Assembly: GCA_029260135.1 (NCBI GenBank)
Contig: JAJDDV010000109.1
Location: 879 to 64,878, forward strand
Direction: 5' to 3'
From: Phycisphaerae bacterium
GTDB lineage: Bacteria; Planctomycetota; Phycisphaerae; UBA1845
Length of the DNA stretch: 64,000 nt
Shown: piece after piece, positions 16,521 to 25,994 of the stretch
Numbering within the stretch: the first letter of the stretch is position 1
How the letters are laid out: each line of letters opens with the position of its first letter
Position numbers and translations under genes: made by a program
Notes under the pieces: generated by a model
Database searches by the model: none
What the model was told of the DNA's origin: nothing
Seen by the model: only the letters and a program-made list of their open reading frames with translations

Positions 16521-19049
16521 TTACCAATCGATTTCACTACGAATGATGTTGATTGTCTCAGCGGAAAAGTGGTCAAACTGCCCCGGCGCGCCAACGTCCA
16601 TGATTGACTGCGGGACGTGGTCCGGATGAGAATCGCACGTGTGAACGATCTCATGCGTAACAACGTGCGGTTCATCCGTCGTGAATGTACAAGCGCGATC
16701 GTCTACAATCACCTGAAGGAAGATGGCACTGGTACCGGAGTCGTCGTCGGTCACCCCACTGTCTTTGCCTTCGGACCCCGGAACGGCAGGTGCCGGGCAC
16801 GGGTCTGGATCGTAGTCTGTGTTCTCTCCAGGCTCCCAGCAGCCGACGACACAACAGGCCCAGTACGACGCACTTGAAGACAAGGTGCATCCGTCATCCC
16901 AAGGGCCGAATCCGTACTCAATCGAATAATCATCCAGGTGGCGGTCAAAGCCGACAATTGTCTGAGAACTCGCGCCCGCACTTTCTGGGAACACGAATGC
17001 GGCCGCAAACGCATTGACGCCAAGTTGCCCGAAACTCGGAAAGTGCGGGAGTACCATGATGTCGTCATCATCGGTGAGCGTGAATATGCTCCCCGTTGAG
17101 CAAGTTCCCGGGACGCCTGCAATCGTGACGGTGTCGCTGAACCCCGGGAGGTTGCTTGTACTCAGCAGAACCGGGTACGCATCAGAACCCAGCGGACAGT
17201 TCGCGAATGCGATCTCGCCACCCTCGAAAGCATTGAGGTCTGATACATCGTCAGCTAGGTTAAGCCCTAGATTCACCACGCTTTGCCCCACCGCAGGCGA
17301 ATTCCGCGTGATCGATGCAACAGTACCTACAACCCGCGTCTCTGAAATGTCCGGCCGGGCCATGCTGTCCGTCTCGACGTGAAGCTTCCGCCATACCGTC
17401 AGCATCTCGCTCCAGAACAGCGGCACCGAGTATCCGCTCCAGTTGCCGCCGCCGGGCATGCTGTTGAGCGCGTCGGCGTCGGCTTGGGTGGCCTGCGTCA
17501 GCGCGTCTTGCAGGACGGACGCGCCGGCTCGGTAGTTGTTTCCGGGTTGCATCGATACGGTGATCAGCACGGTGGCCTCGCCGTCGGCGTTCGTCACGCC
17601 CTGGTGGCTTCCCACAGCCGGGTCCGACCCGCCAGAGGGTCGATTATCCGGGCCGGTCGTGTTCCCATCGACAATCGCCATATTCGCGTTGTTCTGGTCA
17701 AACGGATCATCCACGTCCCAGACCCGAAAATGGACGGGAACGTTCGCCATCGGCGGATCGAGCGTAGCCACAAGCGCTACCAGACGCCGCTGCGAGGCCG
17801 ACGCGTCGTTCGGAGACGTCTTGCCGGGGAAGATCCCTACGCCGCCGTTGTTCGGACAAGGAACAAAGAGCTCCGGGTTGTTTCCGACCTTCCGCCATGT
17901 TAACGCGGCGACCTCGACACTTGGGATGGGATCGCTGTCGGTGCCACACCATCCGTAATCGGCGCTGGCGAAGTAGCAGCCCATCGTCAGCCTGGCCGGG
18001 CTTCCGCAGGCCGTGACCGCGCGACGGCCCTCAATGTAGAACGTGCCGGGAATGGGCCATTCTTCATACGCCGACGAGCTCCAGGTGGTCTTGTCCGGAG
18101 CCGGGAACAAACCGTGGATGTAGCCGATGCTCCCCAGGCCGTGCATCCCCCACACGACCCGAAGGTGCGGTACCCCATCACACCAGGTGGAGAGGTCCGT
18201 CGGCGGACACCCCGAGACCGATACGGTAGCTGGCACCAAGTCGTTCTCGCTGGCCATCGGCCCAGGGTCAGCCCAGTCGGCCCTACCGTTACCGTTATCG
18301 TCGTCGTTGTTCGCGGGAACCCACGCTGGCACGTTGAACGTAACGAAACATCCTGCGCGGCTGCAGCCATTCGTCAGTGGCGGCCACATCGGCCAGGTCG
18401 AGCACTCGGTGGTGACCGGGTCGCAATCATGCTCCGTAGAGCATTCGTTGTTGTCGTCACAATCGATTGGTGTTCCGGTACACGCGCCGTACCGGCAGGT
18501 GTCGTCCTCCGTACACTCGTCATGATCGTCGCACGGGCGACGGTTGAACGGGTTGATGCAGCCGTCACCAAAGCAAATGTCTTCCGTACAGAAGTTGTCG
18601 TCACTGCAATCGCGAAACCGTATTCCGACACACTCGCCGTTCATGCAGGCGTCGTTCTTGGTACACGTATCCCCGTCTTCGCAGGCGATTCCGTTGTTCG
18701 GAAGGTGGGAGCACGTGCTTCCCGCGCAGAGGTCCAGGGTACAGGGGTTGTTGTCATCGGTGCAGGGGAACCCGTCTTTGGGCAGGTGCGTGCACTCCGT
18801 GCCGCGGCAGACGTCGTCCGTACACACGTTTCCGTCCGACGTGCAGATGCCCTTCACCGGCGTGTTGTAGCACACGCCGTCGATACACTCGTCGTCGGTA
18901 CAAACAAGATTGTCATGGCAGGGATTCTGTCCTCCGATGGCATACGTACGGAGCCCGCAGTTTGGATCCGGTACTTCGTGCGGATCCTGTGCGAAGAGCG
19001 TTGGTCCGGTCCCGGCCTGCACGATCACTGTGAGGACGAGGACGCCCAC
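16521..19049 (-). CDS. Secreted protein with Cys-rich CDDxNxCTxDxC repeats and a C-terminal HExxH zincin-like domain
   Basis: Signal-like N-terminus; about 6-7 Cys-rich repeats; NNDDDNGNG motif; VVTHEIVHTCDSHPDH...SIMD near the C-terminus. Confidence 0.85.
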   Translation of the reverse strand: MGVLVLTVIVQAGTGPTLFAQDPHEVPDPNCGLRTYAIGGQNPCHDNLVCTDDECIDGVCYNTPVKGICTSDGNVCTDDVCRGTECTHLPKDGFPCTDDNNPCTLDLCAGSTCSHLPNNGIACEDGDTCTKNDACMNGECVGIRFRDCSDDNFCTEDICFGDGCINPFNRRPCDDHDECTEDDTCRYGACTGTPIDCDDNNECSTEHDCDPVTTECSTWPMWPPLTNGCSRAGCFVTFNVPAWVPANNDDDNGNGRADWADPGPMASENDLVPATVSVSGCPPTDLSTWCDGVPHLRVVWGMHGLGSIGYIHGLFPAPDKTTWSSSAYEEWPIPGTFYIEGRRAVTACGSPARLTMGCYFASADYGWCGTDSDPIPSVEVAALTWRKVGNNPELFVPCPNNGGVGIFPGKTSPNDASASQRRLVALVATLDPPMANVPVHFRVWDVDDPFDQNNANMAIVDGNTTGPDNRPSGGSDPAVGSHQGVTNADGEATVLITVSMQPGNNYRAGASVLQDALTQATQADADALNSMPGGGNWSGYSVPLFWSEMLTVWRKLHVETDSMARPDISETRVVGTVASITRNSPAVGQSVVNLGLNLADDVSDLNAFEGGEIAFANCPLGSDAYPVLLSTSNLPGFSDTVTIAGVPGTCSTGSIFTLTDDDDIMVLPHFPSFGQLGVNAFAAAFVFPESAGASSQTIVGFDRHLDDYSIEYGFGPWDDGCTLSSSASYWACCVVGCWEPGENTDYDPDPCPAPAVPGSEGKDSGVTDDDSGTSAIFLQVIVDDRACTFTTDEPHVVTHEIVHTCDSHPDHVPQSIMDVGAPGQFDHFSAETINIIRSEIDW

Positions 19050-19655
19050 GCGAGTGGGCAGGGGCCCTCCGGCCGACCGTGGATCGATTCGGCCGGCGTT
19101 GCGCTAGCGCGGGTCGAGTGCTTCTGCCATGTCGACATGATTACCCTCTCGGGGCGGCTGTCGCTGCTACGCCGTCGAACGACTCGCCGCTGGTTACTCA
19201 TCAACCCTGCCACGTACGGGGAGCAAGCAAATGGTACAAAGGAGTATACGTACCTCATTTCTAACTGTAAAGACAGAAACTCCCCTGAATTCGGAAACAG
19301 GTGAGAATGCGTTGAGGATGGTTGGTTTGGGGGTCTGAGCCGGTCATTTCATCCGGTTAACCGGTTCCCAACCGCGGGCGGTGTCAGCGATGGGCATGAT
19401 GTCGATGCGCGGCGCGTGTGGCACCGGCTGCTGGAGCGCGGTGGCCTACGGCGCCGCCCACCCGGGACGGCGCTCCCTTGGCTCGGCGGGAGCCTCGCCC
19501 TCGCTGCGAAGACGAGCGCGTCAGGCTTGGCCATGGCGCTCCTGGTGGGCGCTCCTGGGGGGCGCTGTTGTGGGGGTGATCGGGCGGAGGGCGGTCTTGG
19601 GCGCGCGCGTGCGACGTTGTTGGTTTAGTGCTCGGATCGAGGAGGTGATGGTCGC

Positions 19656-20063
19656 ATGCTGGGTTCGCAGGCTGTGGAATCGTCGGGTCTGTTTGTCGCG
19701 CTGGTGACGCCGTTGATTGCGGTGCCGCTGACGGCGATCACGTTTTATCTGCGGTCGCTCCGGGAGCAGCAGCAGTCGGGGTTTGCGGGGTTGGTGCAGC
19801 GGATCGAGACGGTGGAGCGGTCGGTGCTGGAGTTGCGGGGGATCACGTCGGAGTTCAACCGCGATTACACGACCAAGGAGGAGTGGCTTCGCGAGTGCAT
19901 GTTGGCCAGGCAGACGTTGGAGCAACTTCGCGCGGCAACCGTTCGTCTGGAGGCAGTGGCTGCCATGGCGACGTCGGGTCGGGCGATGGGGACAGCGTCG
20001 CGGTCGTGGGGCGTACAGACGAGTGATCGCAGCGGAATCGGCGGATCCGACACGGGTGGATAA
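19656..20063 (+). CDS. Single-TM coiled-coil protein resembling Mu-like phage gp25-type proteins
   Basis: GGAGG RBS; N-terminal TM segment, coiled coil, RDYTTKEEWLRE motif. Confidence 0.6.
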   Translation: MLGSQAVESSGLFVALVTPLIAVPLTAITFYLRSLREQQQSGFAGLVQRIETVERSVLELRGITSEFNRDYTTKEEWLRECMLARQTLEQLRAATVRLEAVAAMATSGRAMGTASRSWGVQTSDRSGIGGSDTGG

Positions 20064-20075
20064 GGGCGGCAAGTC

Positions 20076-20393
20076 ATGGCGAACGGTCGAGAGGCACGTC
20101 AGATCAAACGGGTTCGAAACGAGGTTCTAGTGGCCCTTCGGGTGGTCTATCCGGCGGCGCTGCAGGCGGGTCAGCTCATGCGCAGTGTGTTGCCGCTGTT
20201 TCCGACGTTGGAGTTCGATCATCTGCGACGGGATCTTCATTACCTGGTTCAGAAGGGGTACGTCGAGCGGGTAATCGCGGACTTCGAGAACGGCAACGGC
20301 GCGACGCCGTGGCGTCGGCGGTGGTTTCGTCTGACGACGGCCGGGATCGAAGTGGCTGAGCGGTGTGTGAAGGACCCGGCGTTGGAGGAGTGA
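20076..20393 (+). CDS. Small winged-helix protein resembling Mu gp26
   Basis: RNEVLVAL...LRRDLHYLVQKGYV...RLTTAGIEVAE pattern. Confidence 0.65.
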   Translation: MANGREARQIKRVRNEVLVALRVVYPAALQAGQLMRSVLPLFPTLEFDHLRRDLHYLVQKGYVERVIADFENGNGATPWRRRWFRLTTAGIEVAERCVKDPALEE

Positions 20394-21178
20394 TGGTAGC
20401 GTCAACTTCATCCGAAGCTGGTACCGCGAAAACAGTTGGCGGTCGCGTCAAGCGGCGCGGTGCGAAGCGCAGCGGAACGTATCGAGGGGGTGCTCGTTAC
20501 TCGGCGGTCGAGCGTCTTCTGCCTGAAGACTTGTTGGGTTCGCTTCGCGCGATCGCGGAGGGCGAGGAGGCGATCGACGCGCCGCTGGCGGCGCGGCTGG
20601 ATCGGCAGTTTCAGATCGAGGTTCGGTATGGGGTCTCGAGGCGGCGCGTTCGGCGGTATCTCGAGCGATTGCGCGCGGCGGCGAATGAGGTGGAGGACAG
20701 GGAGGCCGAAGCGGCGCGCGACGTTGAGGACGAGGGTGAAGGGAGGACGTGTGCGCGCTGTCGGGGGGCGTCGGGTGGTTCGGGTCAGACGGGAGATGCG
20801 TATGTGCGCAAGCTGGCAGATCGTCGACAGCGTCAGGGGTCGGTGGCGACGATTTTGGATAAGACGTTGGGGGAGGCGGCGCGTGACAAGCCGGAGCTTT
20901 GGGATCGGCGAGCGTATCTGATGTTGGTGGGATTGATTCATGCCCGGTTGAGTGCGAAGGATGTGTCGACGGAGGAGGTGGTGAAGTTGGCCAAGGCGCT
21001 GGCGGAGAATCGCCGTGCGGAGGCGTCGGCAACTAAACAGGAACCGCGCGACGGGCCGGGGACGTTGTCTGAGGTGCGGACGGGCGATCTTCCGGCACGG
21101 TTCGCGGATGTGGTTCGTCAGGTGTATGGGGTGGGTGAGGAAGCGACGAAGCGACGTGGCGACGAAGCGACGCAGTGA
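20393..21178 (+). CDS. Helical protein resembling DUF3486 / Mu gp27
   Basis: TGATG coupling to the previous gene; YSAVERLLPEDL, VSRRRVRRY, C-terminal VVRQVYGV. Confidence 0.55.
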   Translation: MVASTSSEAGTAKTVGGRVKRRGAKRSGTYRGGARYSAVERLLPEDLLGSLRAIAEGEEAIDAPLAARLDRQFQIEVRYGVSRRRVRRYLERLRAAANEVEDREAEAARDVEDEGEGRTCARCRGASGGSGQTGDAYVRKLADRRQRQGSVATILDKTLGEAARDKPELWDRRAYLMLVGLIHARLSAKDVSTEEVVKLAKALAENRRAEASATKQEPRDGPGTLSEVRTGDLPARFADVVRQVYGVGEEATKRRGDEATQ

Positions 21179-21461
21179 TTTCGAAAGGGACGGGGCAAAG
21201 GGAAAAGAGGCGGCGATCCCGAGAGGGGCGGGTAGGCGTTCCTTCGTGATGACCGTTCGGAGAACACTGCTCATGAAGAGTCGAATAGCGTGAAGCAAGT
21301 TCGTCTCAACTGCCCCTTGCCTGGAAGGAGTTGAAAGGTGTTCAGCGTTTCGAGAGCGGTGCGGTGACGGTTCTACGTTAGCCGCGGATTCGCTTTCTGC
21401 CGGTACGCATTTCTCGGCCGCCCTATTCGGATCGCCCCGGAACACCTAACGCCTGGCGATG

Positions 21462-21776
21462 CTATCGACGACCTCGCGCATTCGCTTTACGCGCTAGCCC
21501 GTTGGAGTCGCCTCCACGAAGTCGCGAACGACGGCCGTTCCAGCGCGATCGTTCGCGACGTTTGAGTTCATTCTCGAACCGGTCGCGCTCGAACAAGTGC
21601 ATTCTGAGCAACAGCGCGATGATGACGAGCGCCAGCGCTGCGACCCAGAAGCCCAGCTGCCAGATTCCCGTCACGATGATCGTTCCCAGCGCCCACCATT
21701 CCTTCGCCGCATCCATCGAATCACTCCCGTACCAAGCAACGCCTGCGATGATGTCCACGGTGTTGTTGGTGCGCAT
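21462..21776 (-). CDS. Small hypothetical membrane protein
   Basis: MRTNNTVDII...WWALGTIIVTGIWQLGFWVAALALVIIALLL followed by a basic tail. Confidence 0.45.
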   Translation of the reverse strand: MRTNNTVDIIAGVAWYGSDSMDAAKEWWALGTIIVTGIWQLGFWVAALALVIIALLLRMHLFERDRFENELKRRERSRWNGRRSRLRGGDSNGLARKANARGRR

Positions 21777-21966
21777 GTCATCGCAACTGCGCAAGCACTG
21801 TTTAAGAAACAGCGAAAAACGACTCGAAATAAGATGACAGCGTTTCCTGCGCAGTCCGAAGTCATGATGCACCATACAACTGAGCGAGGCATTGGACCTC
21901 GCAGAAAGGGCGCAGGTGAGCCTGCGAGGAACCGCCTGATAAAGGCAAGACAAAGGAGCTTGGATC

Positions 21967-22455
21967 ATGTCGCCGAAGGAAATGAGAAAGAGAGTCGAGG
22001 ACGGACAGTTTACGAATGTTGAGCCTGACGAGTCGTGTGACGCACCCATGAAGCAGTGTTGCGATCCGGAGGCTGGCGGGAGCGGGTTGTACAATGATGA
22101 GCGAGAGCGGGAGCTGTACTACGACTTGGCCGAGTACATTGCCAAGCGCACGCTAGCGACATTCTACCGTGGGTACACGGGTGGATTGGCCTGCGCGGCA
22201 ACCGGCGAGCCCTACTCCGACGCCTACGTCTACCAAAAGGCTGAAACGCTGGGGTTGTTGGCTTGCCTCGTCAAGTACTACGCCCAGGGATATCGAATCG
22301 GTTATGGGGCCTACAGCGACCCGCAGGAGGCTGCCCGGTACGCCGATCAGTATGCTCGCGAGCTGGGTGGCGAGTGCATGACGGCGGTAGGTTCCGGCGG
22401 TCCATCCGCCACGACGGGGCACGTGTATCCGTCCGCTTCGGATGGGGTTTATTAA
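21967..22455 (+). CDS. Hypothetical Tyr-rich protein
   Basis: AAGGAG RBS; 162-aa ORF; no recognised family. Confidence 0.6.
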   Translation: MSPKEMRKRVEDGQFTNVEPDESCDAPMKQCCDPEAGGSGLYNDERERELYYDLAEYIAKRTLATFYRGYTGGLACAATGEPYSDAYVYQKAETLGLLACLVKYYAQGYRIGYGAYSDPQEAARYADQYARELGGECMTAVGSGGPSATTGHVYPSASDGVY

Positions 22456-22891
22456 AGCGGGGAAACTCGCGTGGCCCGATACTCGAGCGCGCCGGTCCCC
22501 TGGCGATGCTGGGAAGAGCGTATCATCCCAGTCGCCGCCGGAGGCCGCCCCGACGGCCGGGGGGATTGTCTCAAGCTGTGCGGGCCAGCGTCCGAGAAGT
22601 AGAGCGGACGACGGCGCGGCAGGAACCGCGCCCGCGGAGGGCGGAGCGCGGGACGAACGATTGGTGGGCTCTACCTCAGGTGGACACGATACGCCGGACT
22701 TGGTGTTCGCGGAGCTGCTTGCTGCCGCTGACACGAGTGATCCCGGTTCCGCGCTGCGGAAGATCCTCGATAAGTACGCAGAAGCGGCGTTCTACGGTGA
22801 CCTGTGTTCGAAGATCAAGGCGCTTCGGTTTCTTCGAGAAGACGAGGTCCGAGCGCTCCTGCGAATCGACGAACACACTCGCCGGGACTAG
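22442..22891 (+). CDS. Hypothetical protein (paralogous motif with 23384-23758)
   Basis: Overlaps the previous stop; VFAELL...KYAEAAFYGDLCSKIKA. Confidence 0.5.
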   Translation: MGFIKAGKLAWPDTRARRSPGDAGKSVSSQSPPEAAPTAGGIVSSCAGQRPRSRADDGAAGTAPAEGGARDERLVGSTSGGHDTPDLVFAELLAAADTSDPGSALRKILDKYAEAAFYGDLCSKIKALRFLREDEVRALLRIDEHTRRD

Positions 22892-23383
22892 ACACGCGCG
22901 TGAGCGGGCAGTCGTGGCGTGCCACCAGTAGACGCTCGATCCAGCGCGACCCGCTACGGCGGAGGTTGGTGTTCCGTCACCGACACCCGCCTTGTGGGTG
23001 GCTGGAGCAGGCGTCTTGGGGACCTCGGATCGTTCGTTTCAGACAGCACTGCAACTCCCCAAAGTAGTCGACCGCGGCCAAGAAACGGAACCTAACTTAC
23101 TTTATCGAAGTGGGTTGCGCCGTGAGGCTGAGGCGCAATCGCAGTCGGCGACTTCAGGGACGACCGGACCATTTCACAGGTGACCTGAAGGCCACTCCAG
23201 GCGACCACTGAAGCAGTCTGAACTCAAATCTGAAAAAACGAGCTTGACGACAGTAGTGTAGAGTTGGTATGGTCAAGCGGCACTTTGATCGTTGCGTGGT
23301 CAGCCGTATTATTCGAGGATGGATTGGGCATACTTGAAGCACAGGGCCTGGACCCGTTCAGTCTCTCAGCTACGGAGCATCAC

Positions 23384-23758
23384 ATGGCAGGTCAACCCGC
23401 GGCACGATTCGAGAAAGGGCCATCCCATGAATCGGGTGGCTCAGTGACACCGGAAGGCGTGTTCGACAAAGTCGTCGACACTGTGGATGCTTCGAGCGTT
23501 GAGAACGCGCCGGTCGCTGTGGAGACGCTCCTCGTGACGTACCGCGACGCTCCATTCTACGAAGACCTCAAAGCCAAGGCCAAGGCGGCGCTGGTTGCTT
23601 CCGGACGTCTTGATGGTCGCGTTTCGGCCGAGTTTGGCATCCGCTTGGGGCACTTAGTCGTTGCGTCGTTGGGATCGTTGGACGGCCCTGGCGTCATGGG
23701 GTGTTCGTCGACGGGAGCCTCGACCGAGAAAGCTCCTGGAAAGGCGGCGCCGAAGTGA
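23384..23758 (+). CDS. Hypothetical protein
   Basis: GGAG RBS before the ATG; VFDKVV...TYRDAPFYEDLKAKAKA. Confidence 0.5.
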   Translation: MAGQPAARFEKGPSHESGGSVTPEGVFDKVVDTVDASSVENAPVAVETLLVTYRDAPFYEDLKAKAKAALVASGRLDGRVSAEFGIRLGHLVVASLGSLDGPGVMGCSSTGASTEKAPGKAAPK

Positions 23759-24011
23759 GGAGCCTGGGTCTGGGCTGTCGAGGGTCGACGGTGAGTTCCG
23801 GCAGAGGAACATGTTTCAGTCAACGACCAATGTCTCCTCATATTCGGTGTTGCCTTGCGCGGTCGTCGTTCCCTGAAGAGGGTTCGATCCATGGCAGCCT
23901 GACGGATTCTCGCGGATTTCCTGCGCAGATACCGTTGACCATGTACCAGCACCATTGAGGACACTCGAGGCAGCGAACGAACAAGAGCGCCTTCGGGCAG
24001 GATAGACATCG

Positions 24012-24593
24012 GTGGAACACGGAAACCCCGATAGAGCGAGTGCGGCGCCAGCGGGTAACGGCGACGACGCAAGTCCTCCGATTCCCGCTGTTGAATTCGC
24101 CGCCGATTTCGACAGCTACGTCCATGACGATCCGACAGCCCTTGAGGCGTTTGAGAGGATCGCCGAGAACGCGACTCGAAGCGCCAAGTGCGAAGAACGA
24201 ACGCGCGAAGTTTTCGTCTATATGTGCGTGCAGCTCCGCGCGAAATGGCCGACGATCCAGTCATTGTTCAGCTTCGCCAAGACCGTCGCGCGGCGTCGTG
24301 CGAGCTACCTGGCCAAGGAAGCTGAGCGGCATCCCACATTAGTGACGGCCCCGGACGTACTTGCATCGAAGGCGGGCTCTGGACAAACACCGGAGCAAAT
24401 CGCTTTCACCAAGGACGATGAGGAGTACATGCTGGCTCAGTTATCGAAGCTCCCCGACGGCGACAAGAGGATTCTTGCAGCCTACCACGTATGGGGAACC
24501 TACCGCGAGGCTGCGAAGAAACTCGGCATTCCAGAAGCCACGTTCCGAACGCGGCTGCAGCGCGTCATCTCCAAGATCCAGCCCTTGCCGTAG
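24012..24593 (+). CDS. Divergent ECF-like sigma factor
   Basis: Region 4 HTH LSKLPDGDKRIL...TYREAAKKLGIPEATFRTRLQR; region 2-like FSFAKTVARRRA. Confidence 0.7.
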   Translation: MEHGNPDRASAAPAGNGDDASPPIPAVEFAADFDSYVHDDPTALEAFERIAENATRSAKCEERTREVFVYMCVQLRAKWPTIQSLFSFAKTVARRRASYLAKEAERHPTLVTAPDVLASKAGSGQTPEQIAFTKDDEEYMLAQLSKLPDGDKRILAAYHVWGTYREAAKKLGIPEATFRTRLQRVISKIQPLP

Positions 24594-24849
24594 CGGCCGT
24601 CGTGTCGGCGGGTTCGTACGGCGAGATCTATCCTGACGGCGGGGATGGTACCTTCCTTGCCGTACTGCACACCGCACGGAGTCTGCCGGATTGGCCGTAG
24701 CGTCGCGGGGTGGGCGTCGGCAACCGTCTCATCTCCAATTGCGGCTTCACCGAGCAATTGTGGAGACGGCGCTACGGTGCGTCCGTGGTGGAGCGTATTC
24801 TGCATCGTCTCTGAATCACCGGCTGGAAACCGGTACCACACAGAAAATG

Positions 24850-25655
24850 GTGGAGTGGGCGGGTAAGCCGAATTCTGTGGTCGCTCGTATTTCACCGGTT
24901 GGAAACCGGTGCCACACAGCGTGGTGGCGATCATTCATCTAGGCCGGCGGTCGCCCGCCGGCTCGAGCACCCTACCCGCAGCTTCGGAGGATCGAAGCGA
25001 GCCCCGAGCGATTGTGGCCGCTCCCTTGCGGTCGCGGTACGGATCGTCGGTCTGCGATCGATCGTTCATGAGGCGGGTCGCCTCTCGCTGCCTATTTGGG
25101 CTTGCTGGCGGTGGGGTTTACCCTGCCACGACCGTCACCGGCCGCGCGGTGCGCTCTTACCGCACCTTTTCACCCTTACCCTTGACACGTCGCGCTGCGA
25201 TTCGCGAAGAGGTCGTCGCCGGCACTGGCAGCAAGCTGCCCGTGGTACCCTGTGACGACATGCCCGCGCCTTCGGCTTGGCACCCGGCACCCGGTGTGGT
25301 CCGCGCAGCGGACCCTACGGACTCGAGCGGCCTGGTCCGCATGGCGGAGCCTACACAGCTGTCGGTTGCACCCGGTCTGGTGCCGACATGGCGGCGCTTC
25401 GCTTGGCCATGGCACCCACCGATATGGCGGCGCTTCGCTTGGCCATGGCACCCACCGACATGGCGGCGCTTCGCTTGGCCATGCCACCCACCGTCCTCGC
25501 GAATGGTGGCGCGACGTGTCAAGGGCGGTGTCTTTTCTGTGGCACTTTCCCTCGGCTCGCGCCGGGTTGGCGTTACCAACCACCGTACCCTATCCAGTTC
25601 GGACTTTCCTCCCGCGCGTCATTGCGCGCGGGCGATCGCCTTCGCCCACTCCACC
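24850..25655 (-). ncRNA. rnpB: RNase P RNA (type A), about 805 nt with large insertions
   Basis: Conserved GGAGGAAAGUCCG, AGUGCCACAGAAA, GGGUGAAAAGGUGCGGUAAGAGCGCAC, GGUAAACCCC, AGAUGAAUGAU and ACAGAAUUCGGCUUA in the correct order; P1 GGUGGAGUGGGCG/CGCCCACUCCACC. Confidence 0.95.
25383..25490. repeat. Three 36-bp tandem hairpin repeats inside rnpB P12
   Basis: ccgacatggcggcgcttcgcttggccatggcaccca at 25383, 25419 and 25455. Confidence 0.9.
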
Positions 25656-25661
25656 GGTCTG

Positions 25662-25690
25662 ATTGTAGGTTGCGGGGCGCGGATTGTCGA
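25662..25690 (-). promoter_or_regulatory. rnpB promoter
   Basis: TCGACA-17 nt-TACAAT ending about 7 nt before the predicted 5' end. Confidence 0.65.
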
Positions 25691-25764
25691 ACGCGGGCGA
25701 GGTGGGTCGTTTTCGGCAGACGAGATGCACGCAACATCGGCTGCGCGACTGGACAAGAGGTTGG

Positions 25765-25972
25765 CCCTCCCCGACCCCTCCCCGTGGGAGGGGGGATTTC
25801 ATGCCCGCGCCTTCGGCTTGGGCATGGCACGCGGCGCTCCCTGCACCGCGCGGGCTGAAGAGCCCGCGGCTCCGGTAGGAATCCGTAGTATCGGGCGCTC
25901 CCGACAAGGGGGGATTTCATGCCCGCGCCTTCGGCTTGGGCATGGCACCAGGCGGGTTGGGCATGGCACCCG
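25765..25972. repeat. Intergenic palindromic repeat cluster
   Basis: aggggggatttcatgcccgcgccttcggcttgggcatggcac occurs twice (about 25789 and 25907); a related copy lies inside rnpB at about 25260. Confidence 0.8.
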
Positions 25973-25994
25973 ATTTCGCGGGATGTTGGTGGTT

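Noticed and set aside
13547-17765. Repeat pair as a diversity-generating retroelement TR/VR
   Set aside because: The core is identical, flanking differences are mostly synonymous and not adenine-specific, and there is no reverse transcriptase in the window.
18114-19304. 396-aa plus-strand ORF (and similar long antisense ORFs at 39695, 52877 and 58714)
   Set aside because: Antisense shadows of well-supported genes, expected in GC-rich DNA.
19656-24593. Complete prophage or integrated element at rnpB
   Set aside because: No integrase, terminase, capsid gene or duplicated rnpB 3' end (att site) was seen.
25383-25490. 36-bp repeats as a CRISPR array
   Set aside because: The units are directly tandem with no spacers, lie inside rnpB, and no cas genes are present.
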